IMG/VR virus record: IMGVR_UViG_3300028563_000021
Coordinates: 873-64,872 of that record
From: a virus
Taxonomy: Duplodnaviria > Caudoviricetes
Strand: one strand, 5' to 3'
Length of the DNA: 64,000 nucleotides
The notes below the pieces were generated by a model. The model saw nothing but the letters and a program-made list of their open reading frames with translations. It searched no databases and was not told the origin of the DNA. Positions within the stretch are counted from its first letter, which is position 1; every line of letters begins with the position of its first letter. Shown here piece after piece: positions 55,773 through 64,000 of this stretch. Both the position numbers and the translations under genes were made by a program.

Positions 55773-56838
55773 CGTTTTTACCCCCCCCCACCTCTGATCT
55801 GTAGTCCCGTGCCGCTGGTGTCGACCATTGGTACACAGTTTGTCGCAGCGACGGTGTATTGCGATTCATCTCTGAAGCACACACCCCGCGATTCATTTCC
55901 GATGCTTTTGGCGTAGGCCAATTCTCCACATCCAGAATCAATGCCCTGTTGCGCTCGCCCTGTCCGCTGCGCTCCAATGCCGTCGGCATTATCCAGTGTG
56001 TCACCTGTTTCGCAAACTCGCCGCCCGCGCCAGCCTTCCCGGTTTCCGCTTCCATCCCCGACATTCCGTGCGGTGTCAGCCAGGTATTCGCTTGTGCCTT
56101 CAGCTTCGGCTCGCCGCGTGAGTTCCGCCCGCTGCCGCTCGCTTCCTCGTCCTTCGGCGTCTGCCAAAGCATTGCTTTCGCTTGATTTCCAAGTCCAGCT
56201 ACTTGGCTTTTCCGATTGCTTCCTGTGTTCGGCGCTTCCGGCATCGAATCCGGCGTATCCCATTTTCCATGCGAGACAAAACCATCTTGCGCGACCATGC
56301 GAGGCACCCACGTCGGACGCAGAAATAACGATCCATTCCGAATTCCACCCGAGGTCGGCCAATTCTCCCATGACTCTGGCGGCCGCGCGCTCGTCAAGTT
56401 CGCCTTCGGCTTCGCCCACAACGGAGGCGGTGGCAGTAGCGATGCCAGCGACGTTCTCCAAAAGGATGAATCGCGCACCGCTATCGGTTGCGATTTGAAT
56501 GGCGTCGAAAACGAGTCCGCTTCGCTTGCCGTCAAGTCCTTCTCTGCGACCGGCAATAGATAGGTCCTGACATGGTGTTCCGGCAATGACGCAATCCACC
56601 ATTCCGCGAAATTGCTTGGCTGGCAGTTCTCTAAAATCGCCGAACCAGATAGGCGCCGCATCCAGGCTTCCCTCTTCCATGCGCGCAGCCAAGACGCTGA
56701 CAGGGTAAGCTTCCCGTTCAGCGTAGAGGATCGTTCGGCTTCGGATGCCCATGAACTCAAGTCCGGCAGAAGCTCCGCAATCGAACATTCCGACGCCTGC
56801 GCATAGGCTGATAATATTGAAGGTGAAACTATCCACAT
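55480..56838 (-). CDS. C5 MTase alternative-frame chain: WxTP repeats joined to a motif X tail as sequenced
   Basis: Open for about 450 codons overlapping the catalytic frame; six W-x-(T/M)-P repeats; ends QLRALGNGCVP (motif X). Confidence 0.75.
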   Translation of the reverse strand: MWIVSPSILSAYAQASECSIAELLPDLSSWASEAERSSTLNGKLTLSASWLRAWKREAWMRRLSGSAILENCQPSNFAEWWIASLPEHHVRTYLLPVAEKDLTASEADSFSTPFKSQPIAVRDSSFWRTSLASLLPPPPLWAKPKANLTSARPPESWENWPTSGGIRNGSLFLRPTWVPRMVAQDGFVSHGKWDTPDSMPEAPNTGSNRKSQVAGLGNQAKAMLWQTPKDEEASGSGRNSRGEPKLKAQANTWLTPHGMSGMEAETGKAGAGGEFAKQVTHWIMPTALERSGQGERNRALILDVENWPTPKASEMNRGVCASEMNRNTPSLRQTVYQWSTPAARDYRSEVGGGKNDGAFQSTVGAELTGIHPLFAPGPADTRWFGIIDRFPWLAPAISDETQSILCAESHGLADTLDFDNRSAQLRALGNGCVPLQAATALVLLARRAGIFE

Positions 56839-56866
56839 TTTCAAGTTCCTTGAACTTATTTTTCAT
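55778..56866 (-). CDS. DNA cytosine-5 methyltransferase catalytic chain (motifs I-VIII), stops right after the G9 tract
   Basis: SLCAGVG (I), AGTPCQDLS.AG (IV), LENV (VI), GASHGRARWF (VIII); ATG 56866 overlaps the upstream stop. Confidence 0.92.
   Translation of the reverse strand: MKNKFKELENVDSFTFNIISLCAGVGMFDCGASAGLEFMGIRSRTILYAEREAYPVSVLAARMEEGSLDAAPIWFGDFRELPAKQFRGMVDCVIAGTPCQDLSIAGRREGLDGKRSGLVFDAIQIATDSGARFILLENVAGIATATASVVGEAEGELDERAAARVMGELADLGWNSEWIVISASDVGASHGRARWFCLAWKMGYAGFDAGSAEHRKQSEKPSSWTWKSSESNALADAEGRGSERQRAELTRRAEAEGTSEYLADTARNVGDGSGNREGWRGRRVCETGDTLDNADGIGAQRTGRAQQGIDSGCGELAYAKSIGNESRGVCFRDESQYTVAATNCVPMVDTSGTGLQIRGGGG
55781..55789 (-). repeat. G9 homopolymer tract
   Basis: Nine C on the + strand at the frame junction of the MTase ORFs. 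Confidence 0.9.
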
Positions 56867-57195
56867 TTGGTAATCAAAACATCTATGCCCAGCACAGTTT
56901 TCATCAAATGTTGCTTGATGCGAAACGCCTGCGTCATCACACCCTTGCAGTCCTCGACGATCCGTGCGCCCGACTTGGAATCCTGATAAACGAAGTCGGC
57001 ACGATAAATCAATGCTCGCTTCGCCTTGCCGCCGACGATTGCGCCGGGCGCGAGAATGAATGAAGCTTGACGCGACAAATCCGTGATGTGACCGGCGCGC
57101 GCCAAAATCTGCAATTCCTGATACCGGCGGCATTCGGCTTTCGAATCGAATGTCATGCCGTCAAGGGTGACTTTCTTGTTGCGGTACTTGGTCAT
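56863..57195 (-). CDS. DUF1064 PD-(D/E)XK endonuclease
   Basis: KYRNKK...DG.TFDSKAE..RY...YRADFVY...VEDCKG. Confidence 0.92.
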   Translation of the reverse strand: MTKYRNKKVTLDGMTFDSKAECRRYQELQILARAGHITDLSRQASFILAPGAIVGGKAKRALIYRADFVYQDSKSGARIVEDCKGVMTQAFRIKQHLMKTVLGIDVLITK

Positions 57196-57283
57196 TTATC
57201 CATCCAATCCGCATACCAGACGGCCAATGCCGACAAGACGCCGATAGCGGTGATTAGCGCGCAGCCGATTAATTCTGTGTTTG

Positions 57284-57442
57284 TCATTTCGAAACTCCCG
57301 GTAAAGTTGCAATATTAAGAACCGCAGCGGCAATCCAGTAGGCGACCTGCGCCCAATTACCAGCACAGGCCCAACGGATCGCGGCGGCCAGGAACATGGC
57401 GATAATCGCGAAGTTAAATATCCGAGGGTCGCTAATCATCAT
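57284..57442 (-). CDS. small two-TM membrane protein
   Basis: FNFAIIAMFLAAAIRW...YWIAAAVLN. Confidence 0.6.
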   Translation of the reverse strand: MMISDPRIFNFAIIAMFLAAAIRWACAGNWAQVAYWIAAAVLNIATLPGVSK

Positions 57443-58793
57443 TGAATCCACGTGATTTAGGAGCCTGCTTTTTTGGCGGAGCTGGGTGCCATTGATGCGC
57501 CATGCTCTCAAAGCGAACTTGCTCTCCGATATATGCGAGCGCAACAATTCCCGGAGCGCCCTGGCGATTCAACGCGATATTGACTTCACAGACGCCTTTA
57601 TCCTGTGTGTCTGGGTTGTAGACCTCATCTCGGTACAGGAATATCGCAATATCGCAATCCTGCTCAATTGATCCTGAATCTCGAAGATCAGACGGCATTG
57701 GACGTTTATTGGGACGCTCTTCCAATTTTCGATTGAGTTGCGACAACAATAGAATCGCGATGTCCAACTCTTTTGCGAGCGCCTTCAGTCCGCGTGTGAT
57801 GCCCTCGATCTGCGCGTTCCTGTTTGTTCCCTCGCCGGACATGAGCTGCAGGTAATCGATTACCAACACGTCAAGACCGGCCTTGCGCTTGATGATCTTA
57901 GCCTTGGATCGCACGTCAAGCAGAGTAAGTGCCGGTTGATCATCGATGTAGAGACGCATTTTCGAGATTTTCTGCACGGCATACGTAACCCCAGGCCAAT
58001 CCTCATCGGAAAGTTGGCGCGGGTCGATTAGATGGTCGAGATGAATTTTCCCAATACTGGACAAATTTCTATCGTGAAGCTCGCTACGCCCCATTTCCAT
58101 TGAGAACACAGCGGAAATTCCATCGACGGCCACATGATTTGCAATGTTCACCGCAAGGCCTGTCTTCCCCATCTTCGGCCGACCAGCAACCACAATCAAA
58201 TTCCCGCGCCGCAAGCCGCCATTCAGCCGTTTGTCAATATCTGGATATCCGGTCGATATTGCAGCTATTTCCGCGCCACGATACCGCTCATCAATCGAAG
58301 TGATATGCGCAAGCATGTCATCCGCAGCCAGCACCGGTTCATTTCGAACGTGTGCGCGCGCCAACTCTTCCAACTTGGAGGAAAGACGGTCAACCAATGC
58401 GGGAGCGTCCTCAATCGATTTTTCAATCGACTCCTCAGTTTCCCGGCAGAGAGAAATAATACCGCGCTTGATTGCCCGGTCCCTGACGATGCCAGAATAC
58501 TGCCGGATGTTGACCGAGCTGGCAGTGTTCTGTTGCAGGTCCGTCAGGTAGGACAGATCGGCTGCGCTTGATCCTGCCGCTTGAAGCGCATCAAAAACCG
58601 TTATGACGTCCGCACCCTTTCCTGCCGTGACGATCTTGACAATCGTTTCGAATATCTTGCGATGATCGGCATTGAAAAAATGCTCACCCCGCAAATCGCC
58701 GATGCCGTCAATTGCATCGTTGTTCATCAACAGCGCACCAATCACGAACTGCTCTTGCTCGCGCGCCACCAGACGACTTTCCTTTGCGCTCAT
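57432..58793 (-). CDS. dnaB: DnaB-like replicative helicase
   Basis: AGRPKMGKT, FSMEM, IDYLQL, LSQLNR, DLRDSGSIEQD. Confidence 0.97.
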   Translation of the reverse strand: MSAKESRLVAREQEQFVIGALLMNNDAIDGIGDLRGEHFFNADHRKIFETIVKIVTAGKGADVITVFDALQAAGSSAADLSYLTDLQQNTASSVNIRQYSGIVRDRAIKRGIISLCRETEESIEKSIEDAPALVDRLSSKLEELARAHVRNEPVLAADDMLAHITSIDERYRGAEIAAISTGYPDIDKRLNGGLRRGNLIVVAGRPKMGKTGLAVNIANHVAVDGISAVFSMEMGRSELHDRNLSSIGKIHLDHLIDPRQLSDEDWPGVTYAVQKISKMRLYIDDQPALTLLDVRSKAKIIKRKAGLDVLVIDYLQLMSGEGTNRNAQIEGITRGLKALAKELDIAILLLSQLNRKLEERPNKRPMPSDLRDSGSIEQDCDIAIFLYRDEVYNPDTQDKGVCEVNIALNRQGAPGIVALAYIGEQVRFESMAHQWHPAPPKKQAPKSRGFNDD

Positions 58794-59578
58794 GGCGTCC
58801 CTTTATGATATTTTCCTTCGACAACTTTCGCAAAGTTTTGCGGGTTCACAAGCCAATCCAAGCTCACGACAAACGGGTCACGACCTGGCGACGCTGCCGC
58901 CCGGCCGGTCAGAAACTCGGATTCTGCTACGTAGACAAAAAACTTCCGCCACCAATCAACCGACTGTCGCTTTGCACTCTCCCTCCATCTGGCTTGCAAA
59001 TGCTTGGCGCGCGCGCCGTTCCATACTCGGACGCGAGTACCGACCGGAATCGATTCGTGGTATGTGGCGATTATTTCCTGATGCGGACAAGCGACGTTGG
59101 CAACCTCGTTGCCGACAACTACCTCGTCAGAGGTAGTAGGTTTTAAGTCTTTTCTTATCTCATCTAATCTCTTCTCTTCTAGCGTTCGGTTGCGTTCGGT
59201 TGCGTTCGGTTGCGTTTGATCTCGTTCTTTTTCTGCCTTTTGAGCCTCACGCCATGCCTTTGCACGCTCTGCGGCACCATCTTCCTTGATTGGCTGGCGC
59301 TTTCCCCATCCAAGCAGATAATCACCATCCAACACGCGGCCTTGCATAGCGTTGCGAATCGCTTCAACCTGGCTTGTTTCGATATCCAGTGCGGTCGCTA
59401 CATCTTCGTCGTTCCACCCTTCCGTTCGTCCGCGTTCGGTTGCGTTCGATGCTGCTGTGAGCATGTGGATATAGGTCGCGACGACATCGCCAATTTTTTG
59501 GCCGGATGCGCGTGCAATAGTTCGCCATTTCGGGTCGTTGATCATGTCAGACCAAAGGCGGAACCACGGATTTGACAT
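58790..59578 (-). CDS. replication initiator (O-like)
   Basis: PWFRLW.DM..DPK N-terminus, internal iterons, C-terminal LDWLV.P.NF.KV.EGKY; upstream of dnaB. Confidence 0.88.
   Translation of the reverse strand: MSNPWFRLWSDMINDPKWRTIARASGQKIGDVVATYIHMLTAASNATERGRTEGWNDEDVATALDIETSQVEAIRNAMQGRVLDGDYLLGWGKRQPIKEDGAAERAKAWREAQKAEKERDQTQPNATERNRTLEEKRLDEIRKDLKPTTSDEVVVGNEVANVACPHQEIIATYHESIPVGTRVRVWNGARAKHLQARWRESAKRQSVDWWRKFFVYVAESEFLTGRAAASPGRDPFVVSLDWLVNPQNFAKVVEGKYHKGTP
59181..59220. repeat. origin iterons (TGCGTTCGGT)x4
   Basis: 10-bp tandem units beside an AT/purine-skewed tract inside the initiator gene; further copies at 59431-59450. Confidence 0.75.
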
Positions 59579-59880
59579 TACGCAACCTTTCCAATGCCGT
59601 ATAATTCGCCAAACTTTTCAACATCGGCGAACAATATGCACTCTCCAGCGCGATTAGTTATCGGATTCGCCCATGATTGTTTTGGCGCTACCGGGGCAAG
59701 CTTTCGCGTGCATCGATCACATGATGGAATCTCTGCGCCGTCGCACTTGGCAAGGTCGGCGCGGTATCCAAGGTTGATGTGCTCGCTGGCGCACAGACCG
59801 CCGCCTTGTAACGCGGTATCGTTGCCCACGGGCGTTTGACTTGTTGGTTTTTTTGGAGGAAAAATTTTCATTTTAATCAA
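59578..59880 (-). CDS. Cys-rich hypothetical protein
   Basis: DLAKC.G....CDRC.R...C pattern. Confidence 0.55.
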   Translation of the reverse strand: MIKMKIFPPKKPTSQTPVGNDTALQGGGLCASEHINLGYRADLAKCDGAEIPSCDRCTRKLAPVAPKQSWANPITNRAGECILFADVEKFGELYGIGKVA

Positions 59881-59885
59881 AATCC

Positions 59886-60302
59886 TTAATATGCCAATTC
59901 CACGCGATTGTCGTCAAGAATAGCCTGCATTTCCAACTTGAAATCGAATCCATCGACCATTGGAACCGGAATTTTCTTCAACCTCAAAGCCGCCATCATG
60001 CATGCAGGGCAATTATTTGCAGCTTGTCGAAATGATGGAAGACAGTCTTTCATCGCTTGGGAAAAGCGCGTATATTCATTGTCGCTGCCAGAGAATAAAT
60101 TAGCATTAAGGAATTCAGTTGGGTCTGGTAGCATGGCAACCAATGCCGCAAGATCGGTGCCTTCCTGAAGAATTTCGCACACTCTGCACTCGCGTTTAGG
60201 ATTCAATGTGCAATGCAATTCGTGTTTAACCATTGCACGAGATTGCAATCCTGCCTTGTTGCAGAAATCACACCAGTATCGAGTTACTTTTTTCGATCTC
60301 AC
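59886..60302 (-). CDS. Zn-binding hypothetical protein
   Basis: YWCDFC...HELHCTLNP.REC.VC...CPAC. Confidence 0.7.
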   Translation of the reverse strand: MRSKKVTRYWCDFCNKAGLQSRAMVKHELHCTLNPKRECRVCEILQEGTDLAALVAMLPDPTEFLNANLFSGSDNEYTRFSQAMKDCLPSFRQAANNCPACMMAALRLKKIPVPMVDGFDFKLEMQAILDDNRVELAY

Positions 60303-60556
60303 CAAAGCACTTTCAGGAAGAATCCGGCGATAAACCCGGAAAGAAAAACGCCCGAACTCTGGCACAGACGCTTGTCTATGTCGCTTCCTGAAAATACTCT
60401 GATGATATTCATTTTTGGCCTAGAGTTTTGGAGTATCGGATTATCATCCCGATATCAAAAGTATTTCACAAATCCGCACGCCGCGCAACGACTATGTACG
60501 TTGGCGTACAGACTTTTATTTATTTTTCGAATCTTTCCGACAAGATGGTGAATGCT

Positions 60557-60585
60557 GAGCCTATCCCCGCTCGCGCGGGGGAATC
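60557..60585 (-). CRISPR. solitary type I-E-like CRISPR repeat (no array, no cas genes)
   Basis: GATTCCCCCGCGCGAGCGGGGATAGGCTC: 29 nt, 21/29 identical by manual alignment to the E. coli I-E repeat; CCCCGC/GCGGGG stem and 8-nt 3' tail. Confidence 0.6.
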
Positions 60586-60614
60586 GTTTTTTAGGCTTGC
60601 GGGGAATCATACTT

Positions 60615-61061
60615 CTACTTTTCGCCTTCAATCAATAGCATTGCGGCGTGGAACCCATCGCGGAATGCGCAAGATTCACGGTGCGGAGTATTTTCGGTTC
60701 CCCACATCGCTTCAGCTTTATTCATTTCCGAAAGATGATCTTCAGTGCAATCGAAATTAGTTTTTCTGCGCAGGTTTATTCCATGCAAATATGCATGCAT
60801 TACCGCCGCTGATGTGTTGTATCCCCACTTCGATTGGATCGCATGTAGTTGCCTCAGTTCTTCGCCGGTAAGAAGTGGCGTCTCCGTTCCCTCTAAAGAT
60901 CGAGTGATCGCAGAAAACATCCTATCTTCAACTTTTGAATATTCTACATACAATCTCGCCTCTTCAACAATTTCATTATCAGACATGCGCACCTTGTATC
61001 TACAACCAGTTTCTTTGGTGCGGCCACAATCGCCGCCACAGGATTTGCATTGTTTGGTCAT
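60615..61061 (-). CDS. hypothetical protein
   Basis: CKSCGG.C....GC.Y N-terminus; coupled operon. Confidence 0.6.
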   Translation of the reverse strand: MTKQCKSCGGDCGRTKETGCRYKVRMSDNEIVEEARLYVEYSKVEDRMFSAITRSLEGTETPLLTGEELRQLHAIQSKWGYNTSAAVMHAYLHGINLRRKTNFDCTEDHLSEMNKAEAMWGTENTPHRESCAFRDGFHAAMLLIEGEK

Positions 61062-61263
61062 TTCAATCCTTTAAGTTTTATCTTCGGCTTAACATCGACT
61101 TGCACGAGACATTGATAATTAAGAGTTCCTTCGGTGCGATTGTCGCATTTGACAACGATGCGCATCCTGTTCTTATCGAAATCCCTGCGAACCAATTTAA
61201 ACCATTCGCCAGTGCGTAGTAATTTAAAACGAGCGCCATCGGCGACTAGTCGTAGTTCGCAGA

Positions 61264-61734
61264 TCATTTCAAATATTCCCCATCGCGTTCCGTCCAATCT
61301 GGGCCATGATTATCTGATTTATCACTTAATTTAAGTCGCGCAATCTCGTCAGATAAACAGCGATTCTCTTTTGTGAGAATATTGATCTCATTGGTTTTTT
61401 GTCGATCAGAGTCAATGTATCTTTGCATTTCAAGTGTCATCCTCTCGATTTCTTCTATAATCGGGCCAGCGCCCTCCGCATCTTCTGGAAGAAGTCCGAT
61501 TGATTCATGTACGCTAGCAATGTCTTTCACTGCTTGAAGGAATAAAGATTCATAATCTGGCTTGTCAAATTCTTCAATCCTTTCAAGCGCCAACAAAACA
61601 AGCTCAACGCCTTCCATTGACGGAAAGAAGTCGGACGATTCAGCAGAAAAGAAATCCTGAATCCGACGTAGGAATTTTGGATCAATCTGCCATCCGTTCT
61701 TTACGGAATTATGGTCACGCGGGAACTTAAACAT
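61264..61734 (-). CDS. hypothetical coiled-coil protein
   Basis: AAGGA RBS; coupled operon. Confidence 0.6.
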   Translation of the reverse strand: MFKFPRDHNSVKNGWQIDPKFLRRIQDFFSAESSDFFPSMEGVELVLLALERIEEFDKPDYESLFLQAVKDIASVHESIGLLPEDAEGAGPIIEEIERMTLEMQRYIDSDRQKTNEINILTKENRCLSDEIARLKLSDKSDNHGPDWTERDGEYLK

Positions 61735-61935
61735 ATCAATCCTTCCATGCTACAGAAAGTCTAATTTCAGTTTCGAGTGCATCGTCAAGCAAATGCAAAT
61801 CGTCCATGTATCTCAAAGCTATTTTATTGTCGTTCAAGTTTGATGCGACTAATGCCGCTGCTTGGATAAATCGCATGTCGCCGACAAGTTTTTTTAATGC
61901 TAACAGTTCTGGTAGATTCATGTCATTCCATCCAA

Positions 61936-62178
61936 TTAGCGCAGCAACGCGCATGGAATCATGGACTGGCCGCGCCGCTCAACCTCCGTGCGTACTGTTA
62001 GCTCGCCGGGCTTGATATGTGTGCCGCGCCCATGCGCCGGACGCACGTTGTATTGGGTGCAAGGCATTCGCAAGAAAATTCCCTGTTCTTTCCCGAACGC
62101 GTCTTCATAATTCACTCCGGCGTCGCAACATTTATTAGTAAACGCGCCGTTCAGGTTAATGCATCTTCCTTCGTTCAT
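61936..62178 (-). CDS. Cys-rich hypothetical protein
   Basis: C.N.NG....CC.AGVNY....PC. Confidence 0.55.
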   Translation of the reverse strand: MNEGRCINLNGAFTNKCCDAGVNYEDAFGKEQGIFLRMPCTQYNVRPAHGRGTHIKPGELTVRTEVERRGQSMIPCALLR

Positions 62179-62309
62179 TTGAGTAACCCCATCATTTCCA
62201 ATATTGACCGGCTCCGCACCCTAGCGACGTTGAACTGCGCGCGCACCGTTTCACGATCGATGCCCATGTTTGCGTAGCCGCCATCGTAGTAAGCATGGCA
62301 TGCACTCAT
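62175..62309 (-). pseudogene. orphaned 3' end of the DUF1364 gene
   Basis: MSACHAYYDG...SILEMMGLLK parallels CSACHDVLDG...SIVEMMGLLK of 63016-63411. Confidence 0.8.
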
Positions 62310-63019
62310 AGTAGAAATCCTCTCGATTGCATGTATTCAATGGGGTCTTTGGCAGATTTTCGAACGTTGCACGTCGGACAAAGTAATTGAATATTATTTG
62401 GTTCGTGCTTACCGCCGCGCGCGAGCGCGGTTATGTGATCGACGTGATACTTATCGACAACCGAGCATTTGCATATCGCGCACTTTTTCCGCTGCAACTC
62501 AAAAAGCTTTGCCACAAATCCGCGTGGGAGACGACCTGTTTTTCTGCCATGTCTTTTTTTGGAGAATTCGCGCACCTTGTGAGGATTTGATTTTCGATAG
62601 GCACGAAGTTTTTCAGCCATAAAAGGCTTTGCCCTAGCAAGTGACGCTTCCGGTCCGCCAGTCCAATCGGGATGGTCCGGGCCACTTTTGCGATGAACTC
62701 GCCCCTCGGTATGCGCTTGAAGCATTCCAGAAACACGCTTTGCTACATTTTCAGACGAATTTAAAATGTCGTGGTTGAACTTAATGCCGCAACCTTTTGA
62801 GCAAAATTTTCCCTGACCGACATCAATTTGCGTTTGTCGCGCAACGAATGAAGTTGAGCATTGCAAGCAAATTCTCGTTCTGCGCGCAATACTTTTCTCT
62901 TTTTCAGTGGCGGCGTGTGCCTTTTTGCATGCCGATGAACAACAATGCTCGCGCCAATCCCTGCATTGCGGAATATGGAAATCCTTCTGGCAGTTACGGC
63001 ATTGCTTAATTATTCTCAT
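62306..63019 (-). CDS. HNH (homing) endonuclease with Zn-finger repeats
   Basis: CAIC...HVDHITALARGGKH...NIQLLCPTCNVRKS; N-terminal C..C...F...CS..C repeats. Confidence 0.92.
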   Translation of the reverse strand: MRIIKQCRNCQKDFHIPQCRDWREHCCSSACKKAHAATEKEKSIARRTRICLQCSTSFVARQTQIDVGQGKFCSKGCGIKFNHDILNSSENVAKRVSGMLQAHTEGRVHRKSGPDHPDWTGGPEASLARAKPFMAEKLRAYRKSNPHKVREFSKKRHGRKTGRLPRGFVAKLFELQRKKCAICKCSVVDKYHVDHITALARGGKHEPNNIQLLCPTCNVRKSAKDPIEYMQSRGFLL

Positions 63020-63411
63020 TTCAATAGCCCCATCATTTCAACAATCGATTGCGTGACGCGAATGCCATTCAGAAAGCACGCATCAACCTGCTCAATGGTC
63101 AAGCATTCTGGTCGCGGCGCGCGCCCATCTAGCACGTCATGGCATGCACTGCAACCAAATGCAGCGCGAGTGTCTGGAGCCTTGATGCCCAGTCCTTTGC
63201 CGTCGGCAAGCTTGTTTGAGTGGCAAAGCACCGTCGTTTCTGGATTGAAGTTGCAGACCATTGGCAATCTGATCGTGCAATCCTGCCCCTTGGCCGCACG
63301 GCGGATCGGCGTCATCTTCAGTCCTTTAGACTTCATGCGCTTCGACCGCTTTAGGAAGCTTGTCGGCTTGAGCAAGTCCTTTTCCTTTTGCTTGAACCCG
63401 GAGCGTTTCAT
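63016..63411 (-). CDS. DUF1364 (YbcO-like) nuclease-fold protein
   Basis: AAKGQDCTIRLPMVCNFNPETTVLCH...G.GIK..D..AAFGCSACHD.LDGR. Confidence 0.9.
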   Translation of the reverse strand: MKRSGFKQKEKDLLKPTSFLKRSKRMKSKGLKMTPIRRAAKGQDCTIRLPMVCNFNPETTVLCHSNKLADGKGLGIKAPDTRAAFGCSACHDVLDGRAPRPECLTIEQVDACFLNGIRVTQSIVEMMGLLK

Positions 63412-63635
63412 TTTTCCACCTTATTGCATGTCGGGCACGGAATTCCGCGCTTTGCTTCGCTGACATTGCGGAAACTTAGCCAGTCAGTCTCCGCCCCGCA
63501 CTTCACGCACTTCATAACGCAAAGTTCTGGTCGGACTGGGTCTTCATCGCAAAAATCTGCATCGCAGACGTGCATCAATACCCTTGGCTTTGCGCGTGGC
63601 GGCTTCAGATCGGGGAACATGTCGGGAGTTCTCAT
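63408..63635 (-). CDS. Zn-ribbon hypothetical protein
   Basis: PRVLMHV.DA...CVKCG..TDW...CPTCN. Confidence 0.65.
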   Translation of the reverse strand: MRTPDMFPDLKPPRAKPRVLMHVCDADFCDEDPVRPELCVMKCVKCGAETDWLSFRNVSEAKRGIPCPTCNKVEK

Positions 63636-63798
63636 ATTACTCTCGCAGTGTATTGGGAATATCCAAGCAGACAATCCCTTATCGTTGATACAGGTATGCC
63701 GGTCTGCTTGGATATGGTTTCGTAACCGATTTTTCCTGGTTTGTGCATCGAGCGGATTAGCTTGATCTTGTCGGGAGTTAGGGATCGGCGGCGGGTCA

Positions 63799-64000
63799 TC
63801 ACAGTCTCCCAACCGGTGCAAACAAATCCTTAATCAGCGACATATCACCCTTGAATGCGACGATGATCTTTTGCTCGCGCTTTGGAAATTTTCGCGTGTT
63901 CAAAGTCTTTTTTGCTTGTGCTAACCGAGTGAATTCACATTCAAGGTAAATGATCTTGTTGTACACGGACAAGCCATTTTCCTTGAAAAATAATTCATTC
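63799..64000 (-). CDS. C-terminal end of a probable DNA methyltransferase-like domain (5' part outside the window)
   Basis: Manual translation NELFFKENGLSVYNKIIYLECEFTRLAQAKKTLNTRKFPKREQKIIVAFKGD...GRL-stop; resembles the G...YN.II...RK..K..Q...V.KGD tail of phage amino-MTases. Confidence 0.55.
   Translation of the reverse strand, partial: NELFFKENGLSVYNKIIYLECEFTRLAQAKKTLNTRKFPKREQKIIVAFKGDMSLIKDLFAPVGRL

Noticed and set aside
56867-57133. N-terminal extension of the MTase ORF given in the track
   Set aside because: Lies inside the DUF1064 gene; ATG 56866 with ATGA coupling is the more plausible start.
59181-59220. 10-bp tandem repeat as a novel element
   Set aside because: Position inside the initiator gene next to an AT-skewed tract matches ordinary lambdoid-type origin iterons.
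60557-60610. True CRISPR mini-array
   Set aside because: Only one full repeat; the partial copy starts 23 nt upstream, too close for a spacer, so it is reported as a solitary repeat.

Overview
The window is most or all of a tailed dsDNA phage genome: a contractile-tail myovirus with DUF1073 portal, DUF2213 protease, DUF2184 capsid, DUF3383 sheath and DUF3277 tube, plus lambdoid-style early genes. A proteobacterial host is inferred, not shown. Layout: accessory and regulatory region with two Cro-like genes, structured non-coding RNAs and two related IS1595-family elements (1-9.7 kb); RecT/YqaJ recombination and accessory genes on + (9.9-16.6 kb); one long minus-strand late operon from terminase through head, tail, baseplate, tailspike and lysis (49.2 down to 16.6 kb) behind a pR'-like promoter and a Q-like antiterminator; nin-like genes, a C5 methyltransferase locus, DnaB and a replication initiator with iterons (52-64 kb). 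No integrase or CI repressor was recognised. The ORF leaving the left edge and the ORF entering at the right edge look like two ends of one radical-SAM-like/GNAT/methyltransferase fusion, implying a circular genome slightly over 64 kb. Top leads: (1) a C5 MTase encoded in two overlapping frames, where one G in a G9 tract toggles both frames; (2) that multi-domain DNA-modification enzyme; (3) a solitary 29-nt type I-E CRISPR-like repeat (candidate RNA anti-CRISPR); (4) sibling IS1595 elements with different cargo behind a conserved promoter; (5) structured RNAs sharing an AACAAAGCAAG/CTTGCTTTGTT closing stem. All family assignments come from motif recognition by eye; no database search was run. 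Two other genes carry single-base frameshifts in A-runs, so homopolymer sequencing errors cannot be excluded.
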